Source of the DNA: Massalongia carnosa
Taxonomy: Eukaryota
Direction of reading: 5' to 3'
Assembly (NCBI GenBank): GCA_965645245.1
Contig: OZ287072.1
Span: forward strand, 496,001 to 560,000
Length of the DNA: 64,000 bases
Position numbers and translations under genes: made by a program. Under the pieces are notes generated by a model. That model was not told where the DNA came from. It ran no database searches and saw nothing but the letters and a program-made list of their open reading frames with translations. Shown here one piece after another: positions 51,016-63,084 of this stretch. Numbering within the stretch: the first letter of the stretch is position 1; each line of letters begins with the position of its first letter.

Positions 51016-51875
51016 AGGAGACTCGAAGGATGTGATAATGCCAGGTTTCTGTATCTTGCTGATATTCCTTTGCCGTCGATGGAGGATTTAATTGAGATCC
51101 AAGGAGGATAAATGGCTGCAAAGCGGAGGATCGAATCTTGGTGCGGGAGAGGGATCTAAGTGGAGGGGTGGTTTTTGCGTTGATACCTTGGCCGGCCCTG
51201 TGAAGAACATGTGTTCGGTGACGTTTGTTAGGCCTTTCCATATTCGTATTTAATAATTTTTCCATCGAACAATGCCTTGTGGTTCCACAGTCTTTTTTAG
51301 AGGTAGGCTCTGACCCCCGTCCATTGAATGCTGTACAAGTACCCTCACCCAACAAATGCCGCCAGTCCATGAAAACCAGCGGACTCGTTGATGGAGCGCG
51401 GATAGGTCGGTCGGGTCGGTTGGATGGTTGGTTGAAATGGTGGTAACGGCGCGGCAGCAGATTAACTAGATTGAATAGATGCCTGATGAATCGATCAACC
51501 GATCAATCGATCAGGTACCCAACCAAACCAAACCAAACATCAATCAATCAACCAACCAGGGGACCCGGGGTTGGGTTTTAAAACACCCAAACCCAATAAA
51601 GTATATGCATGTATGTGTGAGTATATGTACATTCCTCGCTCGTGCTGGTTTTCCTCGAAACCAACTACTTTATGTTATGTACTTTTTGTTATTATTTCAG
51701 GTAAGGGGAGATTTCGGGTTGGGGATAGAGAATCTAGCACAGGGTTTTGGGTTTCATAGGTATTTATCATTGTTGTTATTTTTTGCTGTAAACAACAACA
51801 ACCTGTCACACACACATACCTCTATCGACCGATCCCAGCTCTCAGCTCCCGCTCACGATCCTCCCCCCCCCCCCC

Positions 51876-52512
51876 TTATCCCATCTCCACCCCCACGCCC
51901 ACCACCCCCCCAAGCGCGTCTCTCCACCTCCTCTCCCCCCCCTCCAGCGCGGCCCTCGCCCCCTCCTGCGCCCTCTTCCGCTCCTTGCAGATCTCCTCCC
52001 CCTCGGCCCGCACGCGCGCCAGCTCCTCCTCGTAGCCGCGCAGCAGGGTTTCTAGCTCTGAGTTGCCGGCCAGCCAGGCGGCACGGCCGTGGCGGTCTAG
52101 GAGGGCGAGGTGATGCAGGCGGGCGGAGAGGTGGGTGGTGGCTGTTGCGAGGTGGCGGATGGAGGAGGAGGAGGAGGAGGTGCTGCTGATGGTGGTGGTG
52201 GTGGGAGGGGGTGGGGAGGAGGGCAATTCGTAGCGCGAGAGATCGATGGCTGTGAGGGGTGCGGGTGGGGTTGGTGGTGGTAGGGTTGGGGAGGTCGGCG
52301 AAGGGGGGAGGAGTGGGTGAATGGTTTGGAGGACAGTGGGGGAGGGGAGCTCGGTGGCTATTAGGGCGTGGGCGGCGGCTAGGGAGGCGGGAGTGGGGGT
52401 CAGGTCGATGTCTGGGAGGAAAATGGAGCGTTAGCGGGATTGGGGTGGGGAGGGGTGGTTGGAGGGGAACGGTACATGGGAGGGAGTCGTGGGAGGGGGT
52501 TATTAAGGGCAT
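51876..52512 (-). CDS. SPF27: pre-mRNA splicing factor SPF27/BCAS2 (Cwf7)
   Basis: Exon 52512-52476 plus 52411-51876 give MPLITPSHDSLPYID, AIDLSRYE, THLSARLHHLALLDRHGRAAWLAGNSELE and RKRAQE. The intron has a GCTAAC branch site and a CAG acceptor. Confidence 0.85.
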
Positions 52513-52820
52513 TTTTTGTTGGAGGGCGTTGGAGGTGGCTGGGAAATGGTTCTTGGGTTAGATTTGCTGTCAAAGCTGCAGTTCTCACCACGGAGACGTC
52601 TAGGACAGGGAAGGTACTTTGTATCGATGCATGAAAGGGTATGTAGGTATGTAAGTATTTAATTCATTGATTACGGGTATTGATTTCGGTCCGTCAATGA
52701 TCCGACGGACACGGAAAGGACTTTGTTCTTGTTTCGAGACGATAGGTAATTTGGGTATAATGATCCAATGAAGTAATCTTCGAGAAAGGAGTTGATTCTA
52801 GACGTGGTACGAGTACAGCG

Positions 52821-52850
52821 AACACGTGAAAACACGTGAAAACACGTGAA
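52821..52850. promoter_or_regulatory. three tandem CACGTG E-boxes, (AACACGTGAA)x3
   Basis: Perfect 10-bp tandem repeat in the divergent SPF27/PKA-R intergenic region. Function is inferred only. Confidence 0.45.
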
Positions 52851-53040
52851 AATGTGGTGAAACGTTAAATATCGAGTCGCACCAAATGGAAAGCTTCTCG
52901 AACAATTCCATTCGAACGTTTATTGATTCGCTACCCATTTAGCTATTGTACGAAGTACTGCTTTCTCCCTGTTCGACCTTGCCACAACATATAGTGTCTT
53001 ACAAGGTACTCTGTAGTTAGCACGCGGATGCATGGCATTT

Positions 53041-53076
53041 GCATTGGCATTGGCATTGGCATTGGCATTGGCATTG
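53041..53076. repeat. (GCATTG)6 microsatellite
   Basis: Read directly from the sequence. Confidence 0.93.
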
Positions 53077-53439
53077 ACATTTGCATTGGTATTGGTGTTG
53101 GTTGGTATTAGCACTCCCATGTCTATGACAAAGATTGAAGCTTTTTTTGGTTCTGTACGGAAAATACCTTCGTCCTCTGTCCACCGTTCTCTGTTCTCTG
53201 TCCTCGGTATTTTGTCACGTAAAGTGCTTCGGGTCACGTCATAGCGATGGATAGCGATGGGTATTGTTGTGTTTCTCTGTGCAGAGTAGAATGCTTGAAA
53301 GAGGGAAGTGAAGTGTCAATCCGATACTCTGTACCAACATGTTTTGTTTGCTTTGCGTGCATATCGTTAATGCCTAGCCTCGACCCTTGCCGCCGCCCCT
53401 GGACGTGAACCCGTTCCATGTACTCTGCATATGTGTATA

Positions 53440-53470
<31 letters not shown>
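53440..53470. repeat. (TG)n-(GA)n compound microsatellite
   Basis: Read directly from the sequence. Confidence 0.9.
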
Positions 53471-54204
53471 CACAGAGAGGGAGTGATTGTGTTCGAGAAT
53501 GAGCTACTCCAACTCCCTAACCAGCTACAGAGTGAGAGTACTCCCGGAGTATTCCTCCCCTAACCGAGTGTTTCCTCCATCCAACTCGACGCTACTTCTT
53601 GATGATGAACAGAACTGATTACATCGGTTGATCCACGTTCAAGCGAGAGTTAAGTTCAGCCCTTGCAGATCTGGTCATTGGGCGCAGCTTGCGACTCGAC
53701 GGTCCCGGCAGCAAACGAAAGAATCAATTAATCCATCATTCCATCATCCCATCAATCAGCGAACGTCTGGAAGACGACGACTCACTCCTGGTTTCGACAA
53801 ACTAACGTGAAGCTAAACTTAGGCACGTCTCTCTCTCTATTCGCCATTTGCCCCTCCCTCAATTCCTCCCATACCCATCCACCCCCCCCCCCTTCCCCCA
53901 AAAAAACACCACCAAAATCCATCATCACCCATCGCACCTATCGAATACATCCCCAATGTTTGTCTCCTGCAACCTGCATATGTAAACGGCTCTGATTTTC
54001 AATAAAGACTTAAGCCCCCCATCCAAGCCCCCCCGTTCATCATTCACCCCACCTCAAATATCTTCCATCTTTCCGTCTTCCATCTTATGCCAACCCCGTC
54101 CCATCCATAACGTGAACTGCAGCACTCGACACCTCGAATACCCTCAACGCTCACAACAGCCACACGACGTCACGTTGTCGTCACGAGATACAATACATTT
54201 CGAG

Positions 54205-55419
54205 ATGAGCCACTTTTCAACCACCAGCCCGTTTGGTGGAGGTGAATTTGGCGGGGTTCAGACGAGCTCGGCCAGAGGAATGCAAAACCTCGCGGAAGAG
54301 GATGAAAGTGAGACACTGACCTCCCCGACGGGCTCGTCATTCCGCAACACCCCCTTCGCTTCGGGCAACGCTTCCAGCACGCTCTTTGGCGGCGACGCAG
54401 CTGGGGACAACTCCTTCAGCTTTGGAAACAACCGGGGCAGCATGTCCCAACCACCGTCGGCCTTGCCACCGGCAGACTCAGGCACCGAAGGCTTTCCCTC
54501 CAATTACAACATGACTCGCCGCACCTCCGTGTCCGCCGAATCCCTCAACCCCACCCACTCGCAAAACGACAGTTGGAAGCCACCGTTTCACCAAAAAACC
54601 CCCGATCAGCTCTCTCGTCTCAAGGCCTCCGTCTCCTCGAACTTCCTCTTCTCACATCTGGATGATGAACAATCCGGCCTGGTTCTGGGTGCGCTGGTGG
54701 AGAAACCCATTCCCGCCAAAGACATCAAAGTCATCACGCAAGGCGATGCGGGCGATTACTTCTACGTCGTCGAACAAGGCACGTTTGACATCTACGTCAA
54801 TCCCTCCGGCACGGTGCAACCGGGGCCCGACGGCATGGGGACCAAAGTCAACACCATCGGCCCCGGCGGGTCGTTTGGCGAGCTGGCGCTCATGTACAAT
54901 GCCCCGCGCGCGGCCACCGTCATCTCCACCGAGCCCGCCTCGACGCTCTGGGCCCTCGACCGCGTCACCTTCCGTCGCATCTTGATGGACAGCGCCTTTC
55001 AGCGCCGCCGCATGTACGAGAAGTTCCTCGAGGAAGTGCCGCTGCTCAAAACCCTCACGCTGTACGAACGTTCCAAGATCGCCGACGCGCTGGACACGCA
55101 AAAGTTCCCGGCCGGCTCCACGATCATCCGCGAGGGCGATCCCGGGGAAGCCTTCTTCCTGCTCGAGAGCGGCGAGGCCGAGGCGTATAAGAGGGACGAT
55201 GGCCCGGGGCCGGTGAAGCATTATAAGAAGGGCGATTACTTTGGGGAGCTGGCGTTGCTGGACGATAAGCCGAGGGCGGCCAGCGTGATTAGCAAAGGGG
55301 AAGTGAAGGTGGCGACGTTGGCCAAGGATGGGTTTCAGAGGCTGCTGGGTCCGGTGGAGGGGATTATGCGGCGGAACGATTATAGCAAGCATGCGGAAGG
55401 GGTGGCTTTGTCGGCTTGA
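54205..55419 (+). CDS. pkaR: cAMP-dependent protein kinase regulatory subunit
   Basis: Inhibitor site RRTSVSAES and two cNMP-binding cassettes, FGELALMYNAPRAAT and FGELALLDDKPRAAS. The first in-frame ATG is at 54205. Confidence 0.96.
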   Translation: MSHFSTTSPFGGGEFGGVQTSSARGMQNLAEEDESETLTSPTGSSFRNTPFASGNASSTLFGGDAAGDNSFSFGNNRGSMSQPPSALPPADSGTEGFPSNYNMTRRTSVSAESLNPTHSQNDSWKPPFHQKTPDQLSRLKASVSSNFLFSHLDDEQSGLVLGALVEKPIPAKDIKVITQGDAGDYFYVVEQGTFDIYVNPSGTVQPGPDGMGTKVNTIGPGGSFGELALMYNAPRAATVISTEPASTLWALDRVTFRRILMDSAFQRRRMYEKFLEEVPLLKTLTLYERSKIADALDTQKFPAGSTIIREGDPGEAFFLLESGEAEAYKRDDGPGPVKHYKKGDYFGELALLDDKPRAASVISKGEVKVATLAKDGFQRLLGPVEGIMRRNDYSKHAEGVALSA

Positions 55420-56195
55420 GGGGGGGGTTTTGCGCATTTTTTTTGTGGGGGGAGGGGGGGAAGGGGGGGAGAGGGTGGGCTTGAGGGTTGTGCGGGCAAG
55501 CCAAGACCAATGAGAATAGAGTTGACTTCTTTAAAGCTTGGTGGGTTTAGCAAACCGGGTTAAAAGGGGTAAATATGAGGATTACGGCTAGATGGGGGGC
55601 AGGGGCGGCATTGTTTGAATGGAGCGTGCCTCTTTGGGCAATCCCTGTCGTTGAAGAGAAGAAGAAGAAGAATAGCAAGGTACTTTTAGCTGCATGACGG
55701 ATTAGACATGGCTCTCCTTCCATCTACCCGATCTTTTTTTTTTTTTTTTTCCTTCTTCTTTTTGGGTACTTGACTCCAAAATCCATCCATTCACTTTTTA
55801 ACTTTATATTCTTTTCTCCGCTCCGGGAAAAGAGAGAAGAGAGAGAGAAAGGCAGAGGAAAGGGGAAAGGGGAAAGGGGAAAGGGGACAAGGGAACAGGA
55901 GGGATGGGAAAAACGAAAAAAAGGGGTGGGGAGGGGGGTTAGACTTTTAAAAAAGAAAGAAAGAAAAAGAAAAATAAATAAATAAACGAGGCACTAATTC
56001 CCCCCCAGATTTCGATGCTTAGTTTTGTTTGAATTTTTGATTCATGGATGAACGGATCGAGAAGAGGGGAGCTTTATTTCGGAATCCGGGTCTCGGGATG
56101 CGCGCTATGATCCGCGGTTTGGAAAGGTGGGGAGTATTATGTATTGGGGGAATTTAATGGAAGGGAGGAATGAATGGATGGATGAGAATGAATGG

Positions 56196-56346
56196 GGAGG
56201 AGGAGGAGGGTTGAGGTTGAGGTTGAGGTTGAGGTTGAGGTTGAGGTGGGAATAGAGAAAGAAGAGGAGAGGAGAGGAGAGGAGAGGAGAGGGGAGGAGA
56301 GGGAAGGGAAGGGAAGGGAAGGGAAAGGAAAGGAAAGGAAAGGAAA
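56196..56346. repeat. compound purine-rich microsatellite (GGA)n-(GGTTGA)6-(GGAGA)n-(GGGAA)n-(GGAAA)n
   Basis: Read directly from the sequence. Confidence 0.9.
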
Positions 56347-57241
56347 GAATAGTAAGGGGTTGCCATTAGGGTGATCGGTTTAATTTGGTATATATGTACA
56401 TACGTTGACGAAATAGGGTAGCTGGGATAGAGGTACTCTCACTCACTCTACCGAGTCTTGAAAAGTACATAATACATAATACATAATACAGGTAGCGTTT
56501 CCTCTCTTTATCCCAGTCGCTACCTTTTGTCTTTCCCCGACAAAATCGTATTCTCTAGATCCACGGTTTGTTGAGCTGGTTTTCGGCCACAATGTTACTT
56601 GCTTGCTTGCTGGTTTGTGCGCAAATGTTGATTCCATAGAGTCGAGATGGAGGAGTTGGGCACCAAGAGCTTCGTTGTTGATGGTTTTGTTTGGCAGTAT
56701 GAGAAAGGAGTCCCTTGGCCCCAGGGTGAGAATGGAAGGGAAGCCTGGAGCTTCTAGAAACTCGGATCGCGCTCGATTACAATGCCCATACAGAGAGGGG
56801 ATGAGTTCCGCAAGTGATCCTCACGAGGTTTTCAAGTTCTCTGGTGGAGCTGACAATATGGAGTTTGGAAGGGATTCGCCAACGCTCAGCGAGGCGGGAT
56901 AGCGAGGCTGACTTCGCCGGCGAGAGAGTGAGAACAAGAGGAATGATTGTGGGTTGAGAAGTTCATTCGTAATGTTTGAAGCCTGTTTCTTTCTCTCGAA
57001 TACCCGTATAGGAGGTTTTAGCACAGGTACCATTTCGGTGTGAATTTTCCCTATCGAAGTCTCATGATAGAACCTCCATGCATTCATCGGCTTCGAGACG
57101 CCTCCTTGGATGATGTTGCATGCAGGTGATATACATAACCCGTCAACAATTAAGCCGATTGGTGAATCATTCCCTATGCAGACTAATCCGGCTCGACGAA
57201 CTACATCCCGGTTGTGCCCAGTACCACTTTGATCGTAAAAC

Positions 57242-59102
57242 CTACGATACCGCTTCTAAGATTTCAAGTCCCGAACCAAACTCATTTGAAAGCTCGTGCT
57301 TGACCTCACTTGCTTTCCTCATTCTTTCCTGCACAAATTTCCTTCTTGCCTCGAATTGCGAGTAATTGGCACCAAGTAGTGAATGCAGGCAACCGAGAGT
57401 TGAGTTCTGTCTATCTTTTTCCGACATAACCTCCCATTCGCGCATAGCATGCGTGATTTTTCTGCGAGCCGAACTGAACGTCTTTTGCACATGCTGAATA
57501 CCATAGGATCTACATCCCAAGTCGTTTTCAGGGTCGGCAGGATCCTGCAAACATAATCGAGACACCCTCCGGGGATCGAATCTCGCCAGCATGTCAATAC
57601 CCCGACGCTTAGCCATGGAGGAATGCTTTAAACCTGTCTTGCGTTTGTCAAACATATAAGGCCACTCAAGCGTCAGTCCATGTTTGTAACAATCGAGAGT
57701 TTTATAAAACTTGAGAATGTAAAGTAAGTGGTTCGCGACATCATGCTTAGGAAATTCAGCTGCGCAGCTCTTCAGGGCGCAAACAATCATGATGAGAAGC
57801 GGATACGAGCCTAGTCCACCCGTAAAGACTGTGTTTAATCCTTGGATCTGCAGGGCTGAGCGGAGAACGATGTAGAGGGGGCGCAGAGTAGGAAACTCAG
57901 ATAGGTATGCCGTGGTATACCGCAGCGAGGCTGGGTGACTAGCTCCAGCCTGAACTTGAACGACAAGCTTCGTCGGCCGATGTACGGCGTCGACAATAGC
58001 AATGCTTCCAGGGATTATCTCAACCCCATCAAACGAGCCAGAGTCAATAAACGCCTGCTTCATCGATTCTAAAGCTCTTTGGCCAGCTCTGACAGACTTG
58101 GGTCTGGTGGCACTGGGACCACGGGTTAACGGGTCCTTCTCATAGGATGGAAGTGAGATTCTTAGATCAACATCCGACATTGGAGAAGCAAGGCCGGTGC
58201 TGTAGGAGCCGATAAGCTCAAGCGTGGCCGAAGGGAGTATGCCTTTCGTGATCGATTTGGCCTCAGCTACTAGAGAGTTGTATGCCATTAGTTCGTGGGA
58301 CTTAAGGTTCATGTAACCCTCATAAGCCAGGATCTCGTGGTGAAGTCTGTTTTTAACTTTGTTAGAATTCATAGCTAAAGTTATGGAGATCCCATATTCA
58401 CCGTGTAAGACCATCTCCCCCTATGTCTATCATAAGAGCAAGCCAAGGCGATTGTTCGCTTATCTCACACTTCTCGCGCCATTCTTTTCCTGCATCAATG
58501 CTGAATCTTTGAGTTGTCCTACTTGTTATGGGTCTCATCGTCCATTGCTTGATAGCCAAAACTTGACTTTCAGCATTGTCACTTTGTGCAGTTCCAGGCC
58601 TCTCTTGAGCGGAACTTATATTGTCAGAAACCGAAGGAGCCTGACTTTGATCCAAAGCCAATTTCTTAACTGTAGCAGGTGCTTGATTGTATGGGTTTGC
58701 TAGAGGAAACAGAAATGGTCTGATGTAAGTTTGCGACCTTGGTTCATTAGCATTCGCCCAACGTTTACGAATGATCGAGGCCTTGTTTGTAGCTCGATGT
58801 GCTTCGAGAGTAGCTGGCAGATCATCAATGATGATATCCTTATCAGGGTTAGAAGTTTTGCTCCCAGCACCTTTGTGATCACCAGCTTGTGTTTTTCGCC
58901 CGTACTTATAAAACGCATCTTGAGGCCCTGCCGCAGGAGTCGCAAATTTTCTCGTCTGCAATGGCCGGATATGTCTTTGACTCCGCCATCGAACATTGGC
59001 GAAGTGATACAAGAAGAAAAATTCTTGTTTGCAGGTCAGAATACTTCCGACGCAAAAATAATTAGCTCGAGGATGCCTGAAATCGAGCTTGACAGTGCTC
59101 AT
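57242..59102 (-). CDS. Pol-beta-type nucleotidyltransferase, Trf4/Cid14-like non-canonical poly(A) polymerase family
   Basis: IGSYSTGLASPMSDVDL (GS...DxD), LRPLYIVLR, GGLGSY and LCLQDPADPENDLG (PAP-associated). Intron 58401-58347. The start codon is uncertain. Confidence 0.85.
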
Positions 59103-59453
59103 AATCGTTCATGTACCATTTCGTCGGGGCTGAACAAAAAGACAACTGAAGTGAGACAAACCTTCCTGCCTCACTCGGCTCTTTAACACCGGCGGGAATG
59201 ATAATTGAAGATGGTAAAGGAGCTAAGCTAACATATCCTAGAAGATGCTATTTCTACAACATTATTATGTAGAGTACAAATTCGGTATCCCCACATCCAT
59301 CACTGGTATTATATAATTTCACACGTGATCAATTAGATCATCAAATGTTATTGGCTCATAGTAGCTACTAGGCATCCCATATACGCAAAGTACATGATGA
59401 AATAAGAGCAATAGGTAATATTTAACACAAAAGAATGGCTTAGTGCTTGTACG

Positions 59454-60346
59454 ATGGCTGCTCCACATGAAGGGCACTCACTTCGTCTGATAGTTCAACC
59501 TGCAAGGGTTGTGATGGGATCTTCCTGGCTGTTTCCACTGAAGGTATGATCTTAACGCCTCATCTTTGAACTAGCTGCTAATCTGATTAGGGAATTCTTT
59601 ACTTCGTCCGTCATCCATTCCTGTACCCTCTCCTTCGAGCCCGCCTTCTTCCTAGCTTTGTGCTCTCTCTATTCGTTCTAACAAACTTGTTTGTCTGGAC
59701 GTACCTTCCACAAGTTGCCTTTCTTGCCATTTTTCATGGTCCCCTGGCGTGGGTAAATGGGGCATTCCTTGTGCTTGGAGAGGGTGCAGCAATCATATCA
59801 TTGTTGTTTGAAGCTTTTTTCGTCGACGAGACTCTGGTGGACGTATTTGATGCTGTTCTCATCAATGAAGGGCTGGAGAATTTTGTGGCGACTTCGCGAG
59901 TGCTCGACCCTGAGGAAGACGACCCTGTGAAGAAATTGGGCAAACCTGAAAGGCCGGCAATCTACTCGCCGTTCTCTTTACGTCAGATTCTGGAATTCGT
60001 CTGCCTTTTGCCACTAAACTTGGTACCGGTAGCTGGAACACCAATGTTTCTGGTTCTGACTGGCTATCGTGCAGGACCCTTCCATCATTGGCGTTACTTC
60101 AAGCTGTTGGGCTTTACGAAAAAGGAGAGGAAGGCGTTCGTGAAGCGAAGGCAACTGAGATATACCTGGTTTGGTACGGTGGCTCTACTTCTACAGCTAG
60201 TTCCTGTCTTGAGCATGCTTTTCCTTATGACCACTGCCGCTGGATCTGCTCTCTGGGTGGTAAAACTTGAGGAGAGGAGGCGAGAAGGTCAAGCAGAGGA
60301 GAATAGCCATCAGAGAGTACCTTCCTACGTCGACGAAGTTGCTTAA
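59454..60346 (+). CDS. EI24-domain membrane protein (Rrt8/Lds-like)
   Basis: Exon 59454-59543 (SWLFPLK) plus 59591-60346 (GILYFVRHP...YLPQVAFL...VFDAVL...LPLNLVPVAG...HWRYFKLLG...FGTVALLLQLVP...GSALW). Confidence 0.85.
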
Positions 60347-60765
60347 AGCTCGGCTAACGCAAAGCCCTGTAGCTTTTAAGACGGTGCTTGCATGAGACGT
60401 GCTCTCTGGGTGAACTATACTAACCTTGCTAGTTTTACTCATGATTAGTTTGTGACTATCACCATGTTTATAAAGGCAACCTGATATCAAATATTACTGT
60501 TGAACTACTTACGAGATTATCTTAACTTCCAAGAAGCTACATTGCAATTTCCCAGTTTCTTCTTCAAACAAATAACGGCTTTTAAATTAACTCGACGGGT
60601 CGCCGTGCTATGTTTACTTGCCTCCTATGCATCAATACCATAATATAAGACAAAGCATTCCAAATAACGACCTCCCAACAAGGTTTATGCTTTATATTTC
60701 TAGCATTCTCAAGAACGCTAAGCCATGAATCTAACAAAATGCCGAACTATCTGCATGCAGTGAGG

Positions 60766-60949
60766 CAAAAAAAGAAATAAGAAATAACCTCCACCCAGGT
60801 TACACCTGGATTTGAACCAGTGTCCAAAAGGGCAAAAGGGCACTGAAACACTCGCCCTTAAGGAATTGAAACCCCAAGCAGGTACGGTACGTCTAGTGAT
60901 CGCCTCAGTGTTAGCAATTGGCTTTCATGACCACTAGACCACCTCATCC
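60766..60949 (-). ncRNA. possible degenerate tRNA or Pol III-type unit (tRNA pseudogene or SINE relic)
   Basis: On the minus strand: A-box TGGTCTAGTGG (60941-60931), B-box/T-arm CTGG-TTCAAAT-CCAG (~60820-60806) and a downstream T-run (~60772-60766). The acceptor stem does not pair well. Confidence 0.3.
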
Positions 60950-61524
60950 ATCTGTTGATATTAGATTTTGCACTACCATAAAGTATATTCTCTTATAATT
61001 TATTCTTCCAAATAGGGTCATATTCAGCTGCTTTCCATCTAGGCACGTACATACATCTATTCAACCAATTGCTGGAAAACATGAACCACCTACCTGATCC
61101 CCTTTCTAGAAGCCCATCCAATTCTCGAAGTCTATCAAAATAAATGCCTACACTATTATACACTACCCTGTACTCCACTAAACACTCCTCAATCCCGTCC
61201 CTAATGTTGTCACAATGCAGCGGCGATTTCAGTTCTCTTCTTCCCGTACTCCCTATCCAGGGCGAGAGTTTACGCTTGATTACTTATAAGATATTTTGAC
61301 TTATGTCTTGTCTTGTAGAGAGGATGTTAATCAGTCAGGCATTTTAAATCACTAACTTCGCAAGTTAAGACAGACATTAATATGCCAAGCTTAAGTAAGA
61401 TTTCTCCTAAAACGTCCACAGTAAATGTAGAGCCATTGATGGATAGAAGGGCAAAGTTAGGACTACTTCTTTACAACAGGCACTTTGTCCTAGGTTGTCT
61501 GATCCCACACGAGAATCTATTGAC

Positions 61525-62328
61525 TTAGACCGATGACCCCAGCGTAAGGCAAGCCTCCTCGTCATGCTCAGGGTCAGTATGTTTAGTGGCAGCGTCTGTA
61601 TCAGATTTATACTCGTAATCGTTATTCTCTGTCAGCAAAGAATAATCCGCACGGTCGGTGGCTTTTCCAGGCTCGGTGTACTTGGTCTTCCAGCCGCGAC
61701 TGCAGTTTGGGCAGACCAAGCAACTTTTTTGACTGCTTTTCAAGATGGTCCAAACAGCTTGGAGAACAATATATCCATGACTCCAGCTAACATCAAGTTC
61801 GTATCAGCATTTCTGTCCTTCAAATAACCACGATGGGAGACTTAGACCTACCAGCAAACCATCCAAGGTACCGAGGTATATGTCATAAGCATAGCATCGC
61901 CACCCCGACCCCAAGAGAAACCCTTGGACCCAATGATGACCCCGTTCACGATGATAAGCGCCAAGAAAACAGAGAAACCTAGAGTATCGACAAGAGCTAG
62001 GAGCCCCAGAGGCAATCCATTACTGAAGAAGCGCTTGGCTATCAGATCAACGTGGTGCCAGATCATGGAGATAATGAGCTTTCCACCCATTAATGTTAAC
62101 CAGGTTCTTTAGGCGAGAGCTTTGGTGAAACTTGAGAGTACCTACCGGCAGAAAAGCAAGGCCATGCAGCAACTTCACCTTGCAAATGGCAATTGCCAGA
62201 GTATTGAAGAAAAGCCCCAAGGCCGCCGACCCGATAGCAACCATACGCAAATGATACCGGGGATGATTCTTCACGGACCGAAGACACTCCTTCTTTGCCA
62301 AGCGGAAAACGAAATTCGACTGAGCCAT
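61525..62328 (-). CDS. hypothetical multi-pass membrane protein, 3 exons
   Basis: Three consecutive short ORFs with hydrophobic helices, separated by GTAGGT donors (~62145, ~61851). The C-terminal region has CxxCPxC and an acidic tail. Confidence 0.6.
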
Positions 62329-63084
62329 TCTTCTTTCTTTCGACTCCCAGGATGTTTGAGGCTGATGAATCTGATTATCTATGTTAAAAATTCAAAAACG
62401 AAAAAGACAAAGCGATTATGGGAGCTGATTGGCAAGGAAAGATAAGGCACTACTCACGAGAATGCCAACGACAGGAGGGAGGTGAACAAGTATTAAATAG
62501 GACACAACCACAGGCCGCAAAATCCGTGCTAGTTGTAACAAGAGGAAACTTCTCCATATAACTCCTCTTTGTAGTAAGCATAAAATCCTTCCAACAGGAT
62601 TCCCAACACGCTCGCTTCGCTCCCATAGGGCAAGAGCGCGGCAGGAAGTCAGTGTGCTAGTTGCTGGGCAAACTTTTATCCTATTAGAGCGAAGGAATGG
62701 GTGACGCGTCCTAGAGGCTCAACAGCGTTCAGTCGCATTTTGGTACAGTGTACGAGACTGTGCCATCTCAGACCTGAGAATAATTTGCTACTACTTTTCA
62801 TTTGCTTACTATTTGCCTTGCTATTTTTTCATGCAAATCTCAAAACATCTCGGATTTCTGCTCCGGACCTGCTCCGCTTCGCTTCGCAACGGCCCTGCGC
62901 CATCTCCTTGCCACCCGTGAAGGCATCTGTCAAAGCATCTTTCAAATAGTCTCCCAGATAGCCTCCGCTGATTGTAATAAGGCCCCACATCTAGCTCCTA
63001 AATAGCCTACAAATAGTCTCTACCGCTTTTCAAATAGCCTCCCTTTTTTCCCTGAAAATTCCATCTCGACATTTTTTTATCTAC

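Noticed and set aside
51853..52512. 219-aa Pro/His/Gly-rich ORF
   Set aside because: Unspliced, off-frame reading of SPF27. Splicing restores the conserved LPYID motif.
60993..61260. Possible pseudogene fragment on the minus strand
   Set aside because: Protein-like wording but no recognisable motif, start or splice support.
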